Virus record (IMG/VR): IMGVR_UViG_2562617158_000001
Span: 13,029 to 77,028 of that record
Length of the DNA stretch: 64,000 bases
Strand: one strand, 5' to 3'
From: a virus
Lineage: Duplodnaviria > Caudoviricetes
Shown: positions 1 through 9,010 of the stretch, piece after piece
Numbering within the stretch: the stretch's first letter is position 1
Layout: each line of letters begins with the position of its first letter
Notes under the pieces: generated by a model
The model's input: only the letters and a program-made list of their open reading frames with translations
What the model was told of the DNA's origin: nothing
Database searches by the model: none
Program-made: the position numbers and the translations under genes

Positions 1-18
1 GAAGGAGAGTGATTTCCA

Positions 19-1008
19 TTGAGAAAGCTGGCATCTGTACAGGTCATCCGTAAGTTATCCCCAATCAAAGACGCTGACCGCATTGAATTAGCACATATTG
101 AAGGATTTCAATGTGTTGTTCCCAAAGGCCGCCATGTTGGAGACAAGGTTATCTACATTGAAACAGACAGTATCTGTCCGAAGAATGAGACATTTGCGTT
201 TCTCAAGGGTAAATCTCATATCAAACTCCAGAAAATCCGTGGCGTATACTCACAAGGCATTGCACTAGAATATCATGGGGATGCACCTGTTGGCACGGAC
301 ATGACAGAAGTACTTGGGATTACCAAATATGAACCTCCACAGCAGCCAGAGGACACCATTGGTGATTTCCCTTCATTCATTCCTAAGACTGACGAGGTGA
401 GAGCACAGAATATCCTTGAGCTGCTTACGAAGTACAAAGGTGTTCCGTGTTATGCAACGGAAAAGCTAGACGGATCGTCGTGCACTATTTACCGCAAGGG
501 AAAGCATATAGGCGTCTGTACTAGAAAGCGTGAGGTTGACAATACATCCCGTATGTACCAGACAGCAGAAAAACAGGGACTTATTAAGTTTCTCACGTTT
601 AAAGACTCTGGAAATTCATATGCCGAACACGATTGGGACTTTGCATTGCAGGGTGAGTTTGTAGGACCAAAAGAACAGGGGAACCATCTGCATTTGTCCG
701 AGCCGCACATCTACATCTTCTCAGTATATGACATCAATAAACAGGGGTACTTCGACCAAGACTCAATGGATGTATTCCTTGGTTCCCATGATGTTGATAC
801 CGTGCCAGTCATTGATGAATTCAATTTGACCGACGATATTGATGCACTGGTGAAACGTGCTATTGGCAATAGTACCTTTGGCAATTTCCCTAGAGAGGGC
901 ATTGTAATTCGTCCGATTGAACCGATTGAAGGACTCATTGGATTCCCAGGCAATCGTTTTTCCTTTAAGGTTATCAACCCTGAATATCAGATGAAGAAAG
1001 GGGAATGA
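19..1008 (+). CDS. ATP-dependent RNA ligase, Rnl2/DRB0094 family
   Basis: N-terminal MRKLASVQVIRKLSPIKDADRIE module; nucleotidyltransferase motifs EKLDGSS (I), LQGEFVG (III), REGIVIRP (IV), SFKVINPEY (V). Confidence 0.9.
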   Translation: MRKLASVQVIRKLSPIKDADRIELAHIEGFQCVVPKGRHVGDKVIYIETDSICPKNETFAFLKGKSHIKLQKIRGVYSQGIALEYHGDAPVGTDMTEVLGITKYEPPQQPEDTIGDFPSFIPKTDEVRAQNILELLTKYKGVPCYATEKLDGSSCTIYRKGKHIGVCTRKREVDNTSRMYQTAEKQGLIKFLTFKDSGNSYAEHDWDFALQGEFVGPKEQGNHLHLSEPHIYIFSVYDINKQGYFDQDSMDVFLGSHDVDTVPVIDEFNLTDDIDALVKRAIGNSTFGNFPREGIVIRPIEPIEGLIGFPGNRFSFKVINPEYQMKKGE

Positions 1009-1238
1009 TTATGAGAAGACGTGTAGCAAAGTTTGATTTCGAGACTTGCATGGATGAACATGTAGACAAGCGCATCGTAAATATCCTTATGGAGTTACAG
1101 AACGACTACTTTGTCAAGCTGGAGATTGCCAGACAGACAGATAATGAATCCGCTAAAGAGGCAGCCAAAGAAGCCTACCTTACGCTAGTCATGTCCTGTC
1201 CCGTTGGTACTCTAGTACCATGTGACAATGCCCATTAA
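1005..1238 (+). CDS. hypothetical phage protein
   Basis: ORF translationally coupled to neighbours; no recognisable motif. Confidence 0.5.
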   Translation: MIMRRRVAKFDFETCMDEHVDKRIVNILMELQNDYFVKLEIARQTDNESAKEAAKEAYLTLVMSCPVGTLVPCDNAH

Positions 1239-1404
1239 GGCATACCTCATTGCAGATAACCATGGCAATGTGTGGACAATGCGTTCCACCATTGCCGCTG
1301 CAATGGAAAAAGCAGAGGAGTTGCATGCAGCTCATCCTCTAATCCGATATAGAATTCATGAAGTGACCAAGACTCAGATTGTAAAACGGGAGGAATTATA
1401 TTGA
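1222..1404 (+). CDS. hypothetical phage protein
   Basis: small ORF overlapping neighbours in operon-like fashion. Confidence 0.5.
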   Translation: MTMPIKAYLIADNHGNVWTMRSTIAAAMEKAEELHAAHPLIRYRIHEVTKTQIVKREELY

Positions 1405-2447
1405 ATATCAAAGACCATTTAGAAGGAAATAAATACGGAAAACTTACTGTTATTGAGAGGGATAAAAACAAAGGAGGTTCACACTGGATATGCAAATGTG
1501 ACTGCGGAAACATAACTTCTGTAGTAGGTACAGACCTAAAATTAGGTAAAACTAAATCATGTGGGTGTCTTGGAAGGGAAATACACAGAGAGAAGAGTAC
1601 AAAGCACGGGTTTTCTAAGACAAAACTATATAGAATCTGGAAGGGAATGAAAAGCAGATGTTACAGTAAGGGTCACAATAGTTACAAATATTACGGAGGA
1701 AAAGGGATAAAAGTATGCAAGCAGTGGGAGCACGATTTTGTGGCCTTTCGTACATGGTCGCTGAATAACGGATATAAGGAAGGACTATCTATAGATAGAA
1801 TTGATAGTAATAAAGACTACGGGCCAGATAACTGTAGATGGGTGACACCTCTTGTTCAATCCAATAATACTTCCAGAAATCACATTATTACGTACCACGG
1901 GGAATCCAAAACTATGGCAGAGTGGGCAGACGAGGTTGGCATAAAGTATTCCACCTTGAGGGGCAGAATTAATACCAGTAAATGGCCTATAGAAAAAGCC
2001 CTGTTTGCTCCCTTACAGCGTCAAGAAGAAGCCGTTATCAAAGTAAAGTATAGAGATAGTCTTTGCCAATTAGAACAAAATGGCAGTTGGATAGACCTGA
2101 GAGCATCACAAGATTACTCTTACAAAAAAGGAGATTTTATAATGATAGACTTAGGTGTTTGTATTAAATTACCAGAAAGACATGAAGCACATCTACTTCC
2201 TCGTTCAAGTACATTTAAGAGATATGGCTTGATTATGACTAATTCTATGGGAATTATCGACTCCGCATACTCGGGAAATGATGATTGGTGGGCAATGCCA
2301 TGTCTTGCAGTAAGGGATGGAGAAATCCATAAAGGGGATAGAGTTGCACAGTTTAGGATTGCAAAAGAGCAACCCGTTATGTATGCAGAATCCGTTGACC
2401 ATCTTGATGATGTATCTCGTGGCGGCTTTGGGAGTACAGGAAGATGA
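1401..2447 (+). CDS. dut: HNH homing endonuclease fused in frame to trimeric dUTPase
   Basis: N-term GKLTVIER..WICKCDCG..KSCGC and SIDRIDSNKDYGPDNCRW (HNH); C-term WIDLRA, PRSS, GIIDSAYSG, GDRVAQF, RGGFGSTG (dUTPase motifs 1-5). Confidence 0.9.
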   Translation: MNIKDHLEGNKYGKLTVIERDKNKGGSHWICKCDCGNITSVVGTDLKLGKTKSCGCLGREIHREKSTKHGFSKTKLYRIWKGMKSRCYSKGHNSYKYYGGKGIKVCKQWEHDFVAFRTWSLNNGYKEGLSIDRIDSNKDYGPDNCRWVTPLVQSNNTSRNHIITYHGESKTMAEWADEVGIKYSTLRGRINTSKWPIEKALFAPLQRQEEAVIKVKYRDSLCQLEQNGSWIDLRASQDYSYKKGDFIMIDLGVCIKLPERHEAHLLPRSSTFKRYGLIMTNSMGIIDSAYSGNDDWWAMPCLAVRDGEIHKGDRVAQFRIAKEQPVMYAESVDHLDDVSRGGFGSTGR

Positions 2448-2758
2448 AACAGAATATTAATGGCATGACCATCGTAAGACTCCTGGTTGACTACGGCGAC
2501 TCTGGATTTCTTTACTGCATGACCATTGCCACAAAGGATAAAGACATGCTTTTTCAGTGCATGAAAGGGTATTCCCATGATGTTCGATATCTGGACACCA
2601 AGAAGAGAGCAGGGAAGAACGACAAGGGCAACCGTAGACTCCCGGACGGCTCCATTATCATCGGTGCGACTGCTTTTGGTGACAAGGTATCAGCCAACAC
2701 AGCCTTTAACAAATCTGAAAACCGTATGAATCTCATTCGTCAGGCGGTGATGGTATGA
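2444..2758 (+). CDS. hypothetical phage protein
   Basis: ATGA overlap with upstream stop; no motif. Confidence 0.55.
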   Translation: MKQNINGMTIVRLLVDYGDSGFLYCMTIATKDKDMLFQCMKGYSHDVRYLDTKKRAGKNDKGNRRLPDGSIIIGATAFGDKVSANTAFNKSENRMNLIRQAVMV

Positions 2759-3315
2759 AGGATTCTATTGAACAATTCCTAGATGATTATAAAGCAGGGC
2801 GCATTGACGTCAACGCACTCCAAAGGCGAATCAATTATATGGATTGGAGCCAGAATAAGCCGATGGCAATGCCGATGGATTATATCGAATCCAGTGAGGA
2901 GCCATGTGAAACCCTTGTTAACAGAGAGAAGTCTAATGACCTCGCTACGGCATTACATGACCTAAAAATGAACCTCTCAGATGATGACTGGAACATGTTT
3001 CTCATGACGGCCAATGGTTGTACCCAAGAGGAAATCGCCAACAAGTTACACTATACCCGCAGTTCAGTCATACGGCATATGCAGCGCATTGCCAAGATCA
3101 AACCTGAGTTACGTACTTTACTGAAAAAGGATACCCCAATGTACTTCGCGGATACGCCAAAGGATAAGCTGCGGTATCCCATGGACATTGCACGGAAGGT
3201 CACTGACCCAGACGGTAAAGTCCGTTGCCACCTTCCTGAATACCTCCATACCCAGGATTGTGACTCTATCTGTACCTATTGCCAAAACTGTACTCGTAAG
3301 ACTTCCCAGTGTTAA
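2755..3315 (+). CDS. sigma-70 region 4-like HTH protein with C-terminal Cys cluster
   Basis: LSDDDWNMFLMTANGCTQEEIANKLHYTRSSVIRHMQRI resembles a sigma r4 HTH; C-term CxxxCxxCxxC. Confidence 0.55.
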   Translation: MKDSIEQFLDDYKAGRIDVNALQRRINYMDWSQNKPMAMPMDYIESSEEPCETLVNREKSNDLATALHDLKMNLSDDDWNMFLMTANGCTQEEIANKLHYTRSSVIRHMQRIAKIKPELRTLLKKDTPMYFADTPKDKLRYPMDIARKVTDPDGKVRCHLPEYLHTQDCDSICTYCQNCTRKTSQC

Positions 3316-3317
3316 AA

Positions 3318-3349
3318 AATAGGGGACTACCTAATAAGTAGCCCCTATT
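3318..3349. terminator. hairpin, putative intrinsic terminator
   Basis: aataggggactac-ctaataa-gtagcccctatt (one bulge), A-run on 5' side. Confidence 0.55.
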
Positions 3350-3377
3350 AATTCACTTGATTGAGAGGAGAATCATT

Positions 3378-4079
3378 TTGAACGTTATTCTGTTAACCCA
3401 TACCCCAGAGCCAGAGAAAATCATTGCTGCCGCTGCAAAGCTCTGTTATTCCCAGAAAGCTGACATTCAATCACTTATGGATGGCCTTGAACCAGATACG
3501 GTGAAAACATTCATCTCTAAGCTGATGTCCATGCACCATGAGAGTCCATTGGAACACGTGTCCTTCACCTTTGCCGTTGAGGATGTATCCCGTGCCCTTC
3601 TCGCACAAATCACAAGGCATCGCCTTGCATCCTTCTCTGTACGTTCCCAGAGGTATTGCTCAGAGGAAACCTTTAAGGCTGTTATACCAGATTCAATAGA
3701 CAAGGACCCGAAGAAGCGGGTAATCTTCCGTGATGCTATTGTAGATGCGAAGAACGCATACAATGGATTGCAGAGACTCGGTGTTAAGAACGAGGATGCA
3801 CGAGCTGTACTCCCTAACGCCTGTTGTACCCGCATGGTGTTCACGATGAACCTGCGTGAGTTATTACATTTCTTCAACCTTCGTTGCTGTGTTCGTGCTC
3901 AGACAGAGATTCGTGAACTTGCAAACCAGATGCTAATTCTCTGCAAAGAAGTCTCTCCGATTCTCTTTGAACACGCTGGTGCGCATTGTGAATCCCTTGG
4001 CTATTGCCCAGAAGGAAAAATGAGCTGCGGCAGAGCACCGACAATTGAAAAACTCTTGAGTGTGTATCGTTCCAAATAA
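3378..4079 (+). CDS. thyX: FAD-dependent thymidylate synthase
   Basis: HESPLEH and RHRLASFSVRSQRY (ThyX signature RHRxxSxxxxSxR); RBS gaggag before TTG at 3378. Confidence 0.97.
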   Translation: MNVILLTHTPEPEKIIAAAAKLCYSQKADIQSLMDGLEPDTVKTFISKLMSMHHESPLEHVSFTFAVEDVSRALLAQITRHRLASFSVRSQRYCSEETFKAVIPDSIDKDPKKRVIFRDAIVDAKNAYNGLQRLGVKNEDARAVLPNACCTRMVFTMNLRELLHFFNLRCCVRAQTEIRELANQMLILCKEVSPILFEHAGAHCESLGYCPEGKMSCGRAPTIEKLLSVYRSK

Positions 4080-4085
4080 AAAAAC

Positions 4086-4112
4086 AGGGGCTACCTTATG
4101 GTAGTCCCTTTT
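4086..4112. terminator. bidirectional intrinsic terminator between convergent gene blocks
   Basis: aggggctacc-ttat-ggtagtccct flanked by A-run and T-run. Confidence 0.75.
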
Positions 4113-4115
4113 GCG

Positions 4116-4391
4116 TTACTCAATTTCCCCTGTCTCCAGATTTAACTTCTTTCCCTTGTCGATCCTGTAAGCTGTACATGGTCCGTGTTCCATGTCTGTC
4201 CATACAAGATGATAGAGAGGTACATATCCGTTCTCAATGTCATCCCCAAGGCGAATACAATCTGATTCCCATGTCCCTTCATTCCATTCAAGGTCAGACA
4301 AGGGGATGTAATCGCCATCCCTATGACCTACATCTTCAAGAATCTCTCTGATAGTCATGTTGTATACGGTCGTATCCATTGTAACCTTCAT
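4116..4391 (-). CDS. hypothetical protein
   Basis: RBS aaggagtgagg then ATG (MKVTMDTT). Confidence 0.55.
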   Translation of the reverse strand: MKVTMDTTVYNMTIREILEDVGHRDGDYIPLSDLEWNEGTWESDCIRLGDDIENGYVPLYHLVWTDMEHGPCTAYRIDKGKKLNLETGEIE

Positions 4392-4415
4392 AGTCCTCAC
4401 TCCTTGTTCTTGATA

Positions 4416-4958
4416 CTAGTTAACGTACGCTTTCACCTCAAAATACCAGTGGCTTCTAACCCTATCGTGCTCAGTTACCAGCCGATAGTATCTTTGTGTA
4501 TCGTGACAGTAGAAGAAGCCACGCCCATATTCCTTCGCATTATCTCTTGCTCTGCATAACTGACGTATTTCTTCGCTATCCCAAGTATAGTTTTCAGAAT
4601 CAGTTCCAACGGCAGTGAGTAGTAGAGTAGTGGCAATGTGCTCCAATGCCATTGAATTCGTAGAGTCTGGAACAGTCATTGATAGTCCACAAACGTACCC
4701 AGGCTCATTCTGGAATACAGCCATAACCCATTCATCTAGATTGTACGTGATGTACATCCGCGTATAGTCGTTCGGACCTTCTACTTGTCGCATGGGCACG
4801 TAGAACTTCACATCGTCTGTGAAACGTGAATTAATAGCTGCTTTAGTCTGTTCTACACTGTATGTTTCGTTTAGTTCAACCTGTTGTGGACTTGCAAAGG
4901 CAACGCTAGACAACAATATCATCATGGTTGAAACTATTGATACAAATACTCTTTTCAT
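4416..4958 (-). CDS. putative exported protein (signal peptide)
   Basis: MKRVFVSIVSTMMILLSSVAFA-S: Sec signal peptide with AxA cleavage. Confidence 0.65.
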   Translation of the reverse strand: MKRVFVSIVSTMMILLSSVAFASPQQVELNETYSVEQTKAAINSRFTDDVKFYVPMRQVEGPNDYTRMYITYNLDEWVMAVFQNEPGYVCGLSMTVPDSTNSMALEHIATTLLLTAVGTDSENYTWDSEEIRQLCRARDNAKEYGRGFFYCHDTQRYYRLVTEHDRVRSHWYFEVKAYVN

Positions 4959-4973
4959 AGTCCTCACTCCTTG

Positions 4974-5354
4974 TTATTCTACTTCTCTGCCACAGTACCG
5001 ACAAACCTTGGCGTCTTTTTTGATGTACTCCGCGCAATACGGGCAGACCTTCATGTCAGCCATGTTTGGCTTAGGGTCTTTAGCAAGGACGCAAATCAAG
5101 GCAATCGGGAAAAAGAGAATCCCAAACACTCGCCACAAGCCTAAATCCGTGAAGTTCTTCTGCTCGGCAATGTCAACAATGATACTAGACAAAAGCCAGT
5201 ACCCAAAACAGAGAAACGCCAAGGACACCAAGAAACCGCCAAAGTCAAAAAAGTTCGAGTAAGGGCGAACAAGCGTCTCATAGTAAAGGGCATCAATAAA
5301 CAGAACGATTGGTGCACCGACGATAAATCTCAATATATTTTTCGTTGTACTCAC
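4974..5354 (-). CDS. membrane protein with C-terminal zinc ribbon
   Basis: three hydrophobic segments; KVCPYCAEYIKKDAKVCRYCG. Confidence 0.75.
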   Translation of the reverse strand: MSTTKNILRFIVGAPIVLFIDALYYETLVRPYSNFFDFGGFLVSLAFLCFGYWLLSSIIVDIAEQKNFTDLGLWRVFGILFFPIALICVLAKDPKPNMADMKVCPYCAEYIKKDAKVCRYCGREVE

Positions 5355-5438
5355 TCCTTATTTATAATCCAATCCATACGCGACTCAAGTCATATCAGTT
5401 ACCTCCTCAGATATACTCTACATCAAATTCCCTATTAA

Positions 5439-6676
5439 TCATAATCGCTTCACGGCGAGTGCAAACGTAATGGTCTGGCTCATCCTGTCAAGTATAACAC
5501 AGAAGTTGTTCCCATAGGACTTCTGCATATCTTCGTAGTCTGCATAGCATACTACAGGGTCGCCTTCTTCCTCGGCAATGACAAAACGACGTTGATGCAT
5601 CCATTTCTCACGCTCCTCGTCGCTCGTGAACGCATAAGAACTAAAACCGCCGCAGCCAACACCACGGCTCCAGAACTTTGCATAGAATAGGTTCTTCTTG
5701 TTGGTGTTCTTGTCCATAGTCATTTTATTTCTCCTCCTCTTTCTCGATAGACAACAAGCAATCACCCATAAGGTCTTCTCTATTGTCGTAGTCATCAATA
5801 TCACGGCCACAATAATAAGCTAACTGGTCGTATGCATCGCTGTCAACGACATCCCAGGAGTCAGCCTTGTCTGTTTCCTTTTCGATATAGTCATACAATT
5901 CTCTTGCGGACGGATTGTAGTAGTTTTCATTCCTTGCGGTTCTAACGTCGTTCGTCCAATTTCCATTGCCATCTGTCCAAAGCATTGTCAATCATCCTCC
6001 TCTTCCAGTTTCTTTCTCATGTCCTTCTCGATGTAGTCGGCCATGATTTCTTTCAATGCATCCGTAATAGCAGATACGCTGTCAAATTCATCATCCATAA
6101 GGTCAGCCGCAATAGTATTCCCTGGTCCGAATGATAAAGTCGTATGGCCGTATTTGTTCTCTGCATTGATATCAATCTCAATCGTTGCTTTCATTGTAAT
6201 CATCCTCCTATTCCTATTACTTCCTGCGGATGTATTCAAGTTCGTCTAACACATAATCAAACCTACATCCATGAACCGACGAATAAAGTGGACATCTACC
6301 ACATTGATGTTCGTGAGTAGTAGTACGGCATCGCAAGTAATTTCCTTCATAGTTTCTACTTCTTTAATTATATTTTCCAATCTTGTCATAACACTCGCTC
6401 CTATTACTTCTTATCTACCCATTTGATTGTCTTTACAGGGACAACCTCTTGACATTCGACTTCCTCTTCGTCTTCCCAAGGCGTCCAATCCTCTGGCTCC
6501 TCTGGTTTATCATAACTAGCTCGATATGTCTTTCCGTCTACGTCCCTGAAAATCAACGTATGGTCGACCAGGCCACAATCAGCGTAGTCAATTGTATCCT
6601 CGATGAAATATTCGTTACACAAACTATATGGGAGACCAAGCTCCTCAATAAGATATTCCCTCTTGAATTTCTTCAT
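5439..6676 (-). other. cluster of small leftward hypothetical genes (approx. 5439-5723, 5725-5991, 5988-6194, 6246-6389, 6404-6676)
   Basis: tightly packed acidic ORFs, each with a GGAG-type RBS. Confidence 0.6.
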
Positions 6677-7290
6677 CGTAATCACTCCTATTTCATTTAC
6701 TAGTTGCCCATACTACTAAAAACGTAAATATAATCCCTGCCGTAATCATTCCTTCATCATCTGCTACTTAAAACATAGATAAATGTGCCTATGCTAAGAT
6801 GTTTTGCTACAATCTCACGATTTGTAGTTCCTTGTTCATCATATCCGTCCTCGCCGTCAAAAGACAGGCTACTAACGTTTGAGTGATACTCCAAAGGCGT
6901 AAATTCCCGACTAGCCATCGGTACATATTGACAGTATCTTGTTTGTGATATTCTGCCAATTACATCTAGTAGCTTTCTCCTTTCATAATATTTTGTTTTT
7001 GCGTATTGGTTCGCCAACCTTGCTTGGTTCTCGCATTTACCACTGTCCAACGGCTACCATCAGGGTTCTATCCCGTAGTTAGACGGACTGTTTCAACCGC
7101 CTCTGGCTTATTTCCAGCCGTTCCGACTGCTGTAAAGTCAGCACAAACTAACTCAATGGATTCTTTGAGTCTTTAGCATATTGCTACACTTTTATTCATA
7201 TTTGAGCATCCTTTCAGTTGCTTAAATTTCCTGTTTTTATTCACCAGTTGACCATACAATCAAAAAAGGTAAACAAAATAACAGCTGCAA

Positions 7291-8229
7291 TCATTCCTTC
7301 ATCATCTGTCTGCTGACCAATACCTGTGCCGTATCCCTTGTTATAAGGTATGCTTTGATACTCCGAATCTGCTTCACGATCTCGTCCAGTTTCTCATCCA
7401 CTGTATTCGACGTAGAGTCATCAGATTCCTTCATGGAATAGCTGCCAGTCTTACGAATGGACGGCAAGACTTCCGATGTTACCCAATGCTTGAACCGTCT
7501 CGCCGATTCCAGTTTGCTGCCAAAGATAAGGCTGTACATACCTGACTCATTGATTATTGTGAGTCCTCTCGGCGGCACATTGAGTCCTGTGATATTGATA
7601 GGAGAGGGGAATGGATTTCCCAAAGTACGTGATTCCCGTACTTTAGAACCATTCTCATTTATACCATTGATTTCCAAACGTCGCGTTTTGCGACCTTTAG
7701 AATTACCATTGTTGCCTAAACGCCCTAAAACAGGGCTTTTAGAACTATTCTCATTTACTACAACAATTCCCATGCCATTCTTTTGCTTCAGTAACGCCTT
7801 ATCTTCATCGTAAACATGTTCCCTGATAGCATTCCTTTCCTTTAAATACCCCAAGTCTTCGGCAACATCCTTGCCAACAAACCAGGGATTCCCATTCGCA
7901 TCCTCAATGACACGTAGCTGCTGAAATTCCGAACACGAAAATGACATGACATTTCCAACTGGATTTGCCTGAACCAACTCCCTGCCAAATCCCTGTACGC
8001 TCAATGCCTTATCCATGTCGCCAGTCGTGAATAACAGGATTCCTCTAGGGTATTTCCTGCTAGTCCTATTCTCATCCCCAAACATGACCGACTCTGCCCG
8101 TGTTAACTTCATAGGTTCAATCCCATGGCGTTTACAGAATGAATGAACGCCGTTGTATGAACTCACCCCGATAATCTTCTTGAATTCCTTCATAGTGTAT
8201 ACTCGTTCACCTTTATAGAACATGACCAT
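7291..8229 (-). CDS. BRO-N family phage antirepressor
   Basis: LRVIEDANGNPWFVGKDVAEDLGY and IINESGMYSLIFGSKLESARRFKHWVTSEVLPSIRKTGSY. Confidence 0.9.
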   Translation of the reverse strand: MVMFYKGERVYTMKEFKKIIGVSSYNGVHSFCKRHGIEPMKLTRAESVMFGDENRTSRKYPRGILLFTTGDMDKALSVQGFGRELVQANPVGNVMSFSCSEFQQLRVIEDANGNPWFVGKDVAEDLGYLKERNAIREHVYDEDKALLKQKNGMGIVVVNENSSKSPVLGRLGNNGNSKGRKTRRLEINGINENGSKVRESRTLGNPFPSPINITGLNVPPRGLTIINESGMYSLIFGSKLESARRFKHWVTSEVLPSIRKTGSYSMKESDDSTSNTVDEKLDEIVKQIRSIKAYLITRDTAQVLVSRQMMKE

Positions 8230-9010
8230 ATACCTCCCTTAAAATATCCCTTGTCTTATCTTCGTCTATATTCAAGTATCCCATTGTCGTTGTGATACTC
8301 GCATGTCTCATGGCAACCTGTATGTCCTGCACGGGTATCCCATTACGCGACAAGGTATTAGCAAAGTACCTTCTCAGGCTATGCGCATGGAATGCCAGGC
8401 CGTTATCATGGAACTCGTTACGGATGAACTGTGCAAGGCCATTGCAGCTCATGCGCACCCCTCTGTGATTCAGGAAGAGGGCAGGGGACTCACTTTTTCT
8501 TTCCTTAATATATGCCTTGAGACTCGACAGGACGCGCGGATGGACTAACGGGATGATAGCATCGCGCTTTCCTTTGGTGTTCCGTAGTCTCAGCCTATGC
8601 CCATTCAGTATGTCATCCATGTCTAAACCAACAACTTCTCCAACGCGCAACCCATTGTAAGCCATCAGCGCGAACATAGCTCGATCTCTATGCGTTAACA
8701 GGTTGCCCCAGACAAGCTCAACGTCCTTATCCGTTGGGCACTCCTGTATAGTCACGTTCGGCCTATAGGACTTGATGAGTTTCTTATGTGCCTTGTCGTA
8801 CATGTCATTATACTCAAGGGCAATACAGAGCACTTTAAGCGTTTGCTTTTTCGTACTGTCTGCAAGGTCATTTTCCAAGAACAACTTGATTTCATCCAAT
8901 GAACCATCCTTGAAGTATCTCAAGGCATTCCGATAGTTCTTATATGTGTTATCCGACTTCGTTGCATGAACATCATCCAGGAAGTCATGCCATAAACTCA
9001 TGTCTCCCAT
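8213..9010 (-). CDS. tyrosine recombinase (XerC/D-like, about 265 aa)
   Basis: catalytic R (NGLRVGEVVGL), K (TKGKR), HxLR (HSLRR), H (MRHA), Y (TMGY). Confidence 0.93.
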   Translation of the reverse strand: MGDMSLWHDFLDDVHATKSDNTYKNYRNALRYFKDGSLDEIKLFLENDLADSTKKQTLKVLCIALEYNDMYDKAHKKLIKSYRPNVTIQECPTDKDVELVWGNLLTHRDRAMFALMAYNGLRVGEVVGLDMDDILNGHRLRLRNTKGKRDAIIPLVHPRVLSSLKAYIKERKSESPALFLNHRGVRMSCNGLAQFIRNEFHDNGLAFHAHSLRRYFANTLSRNGIPVQDIQVAMRHASITTTMGYLNIDEDKTRDILREVYGHVL

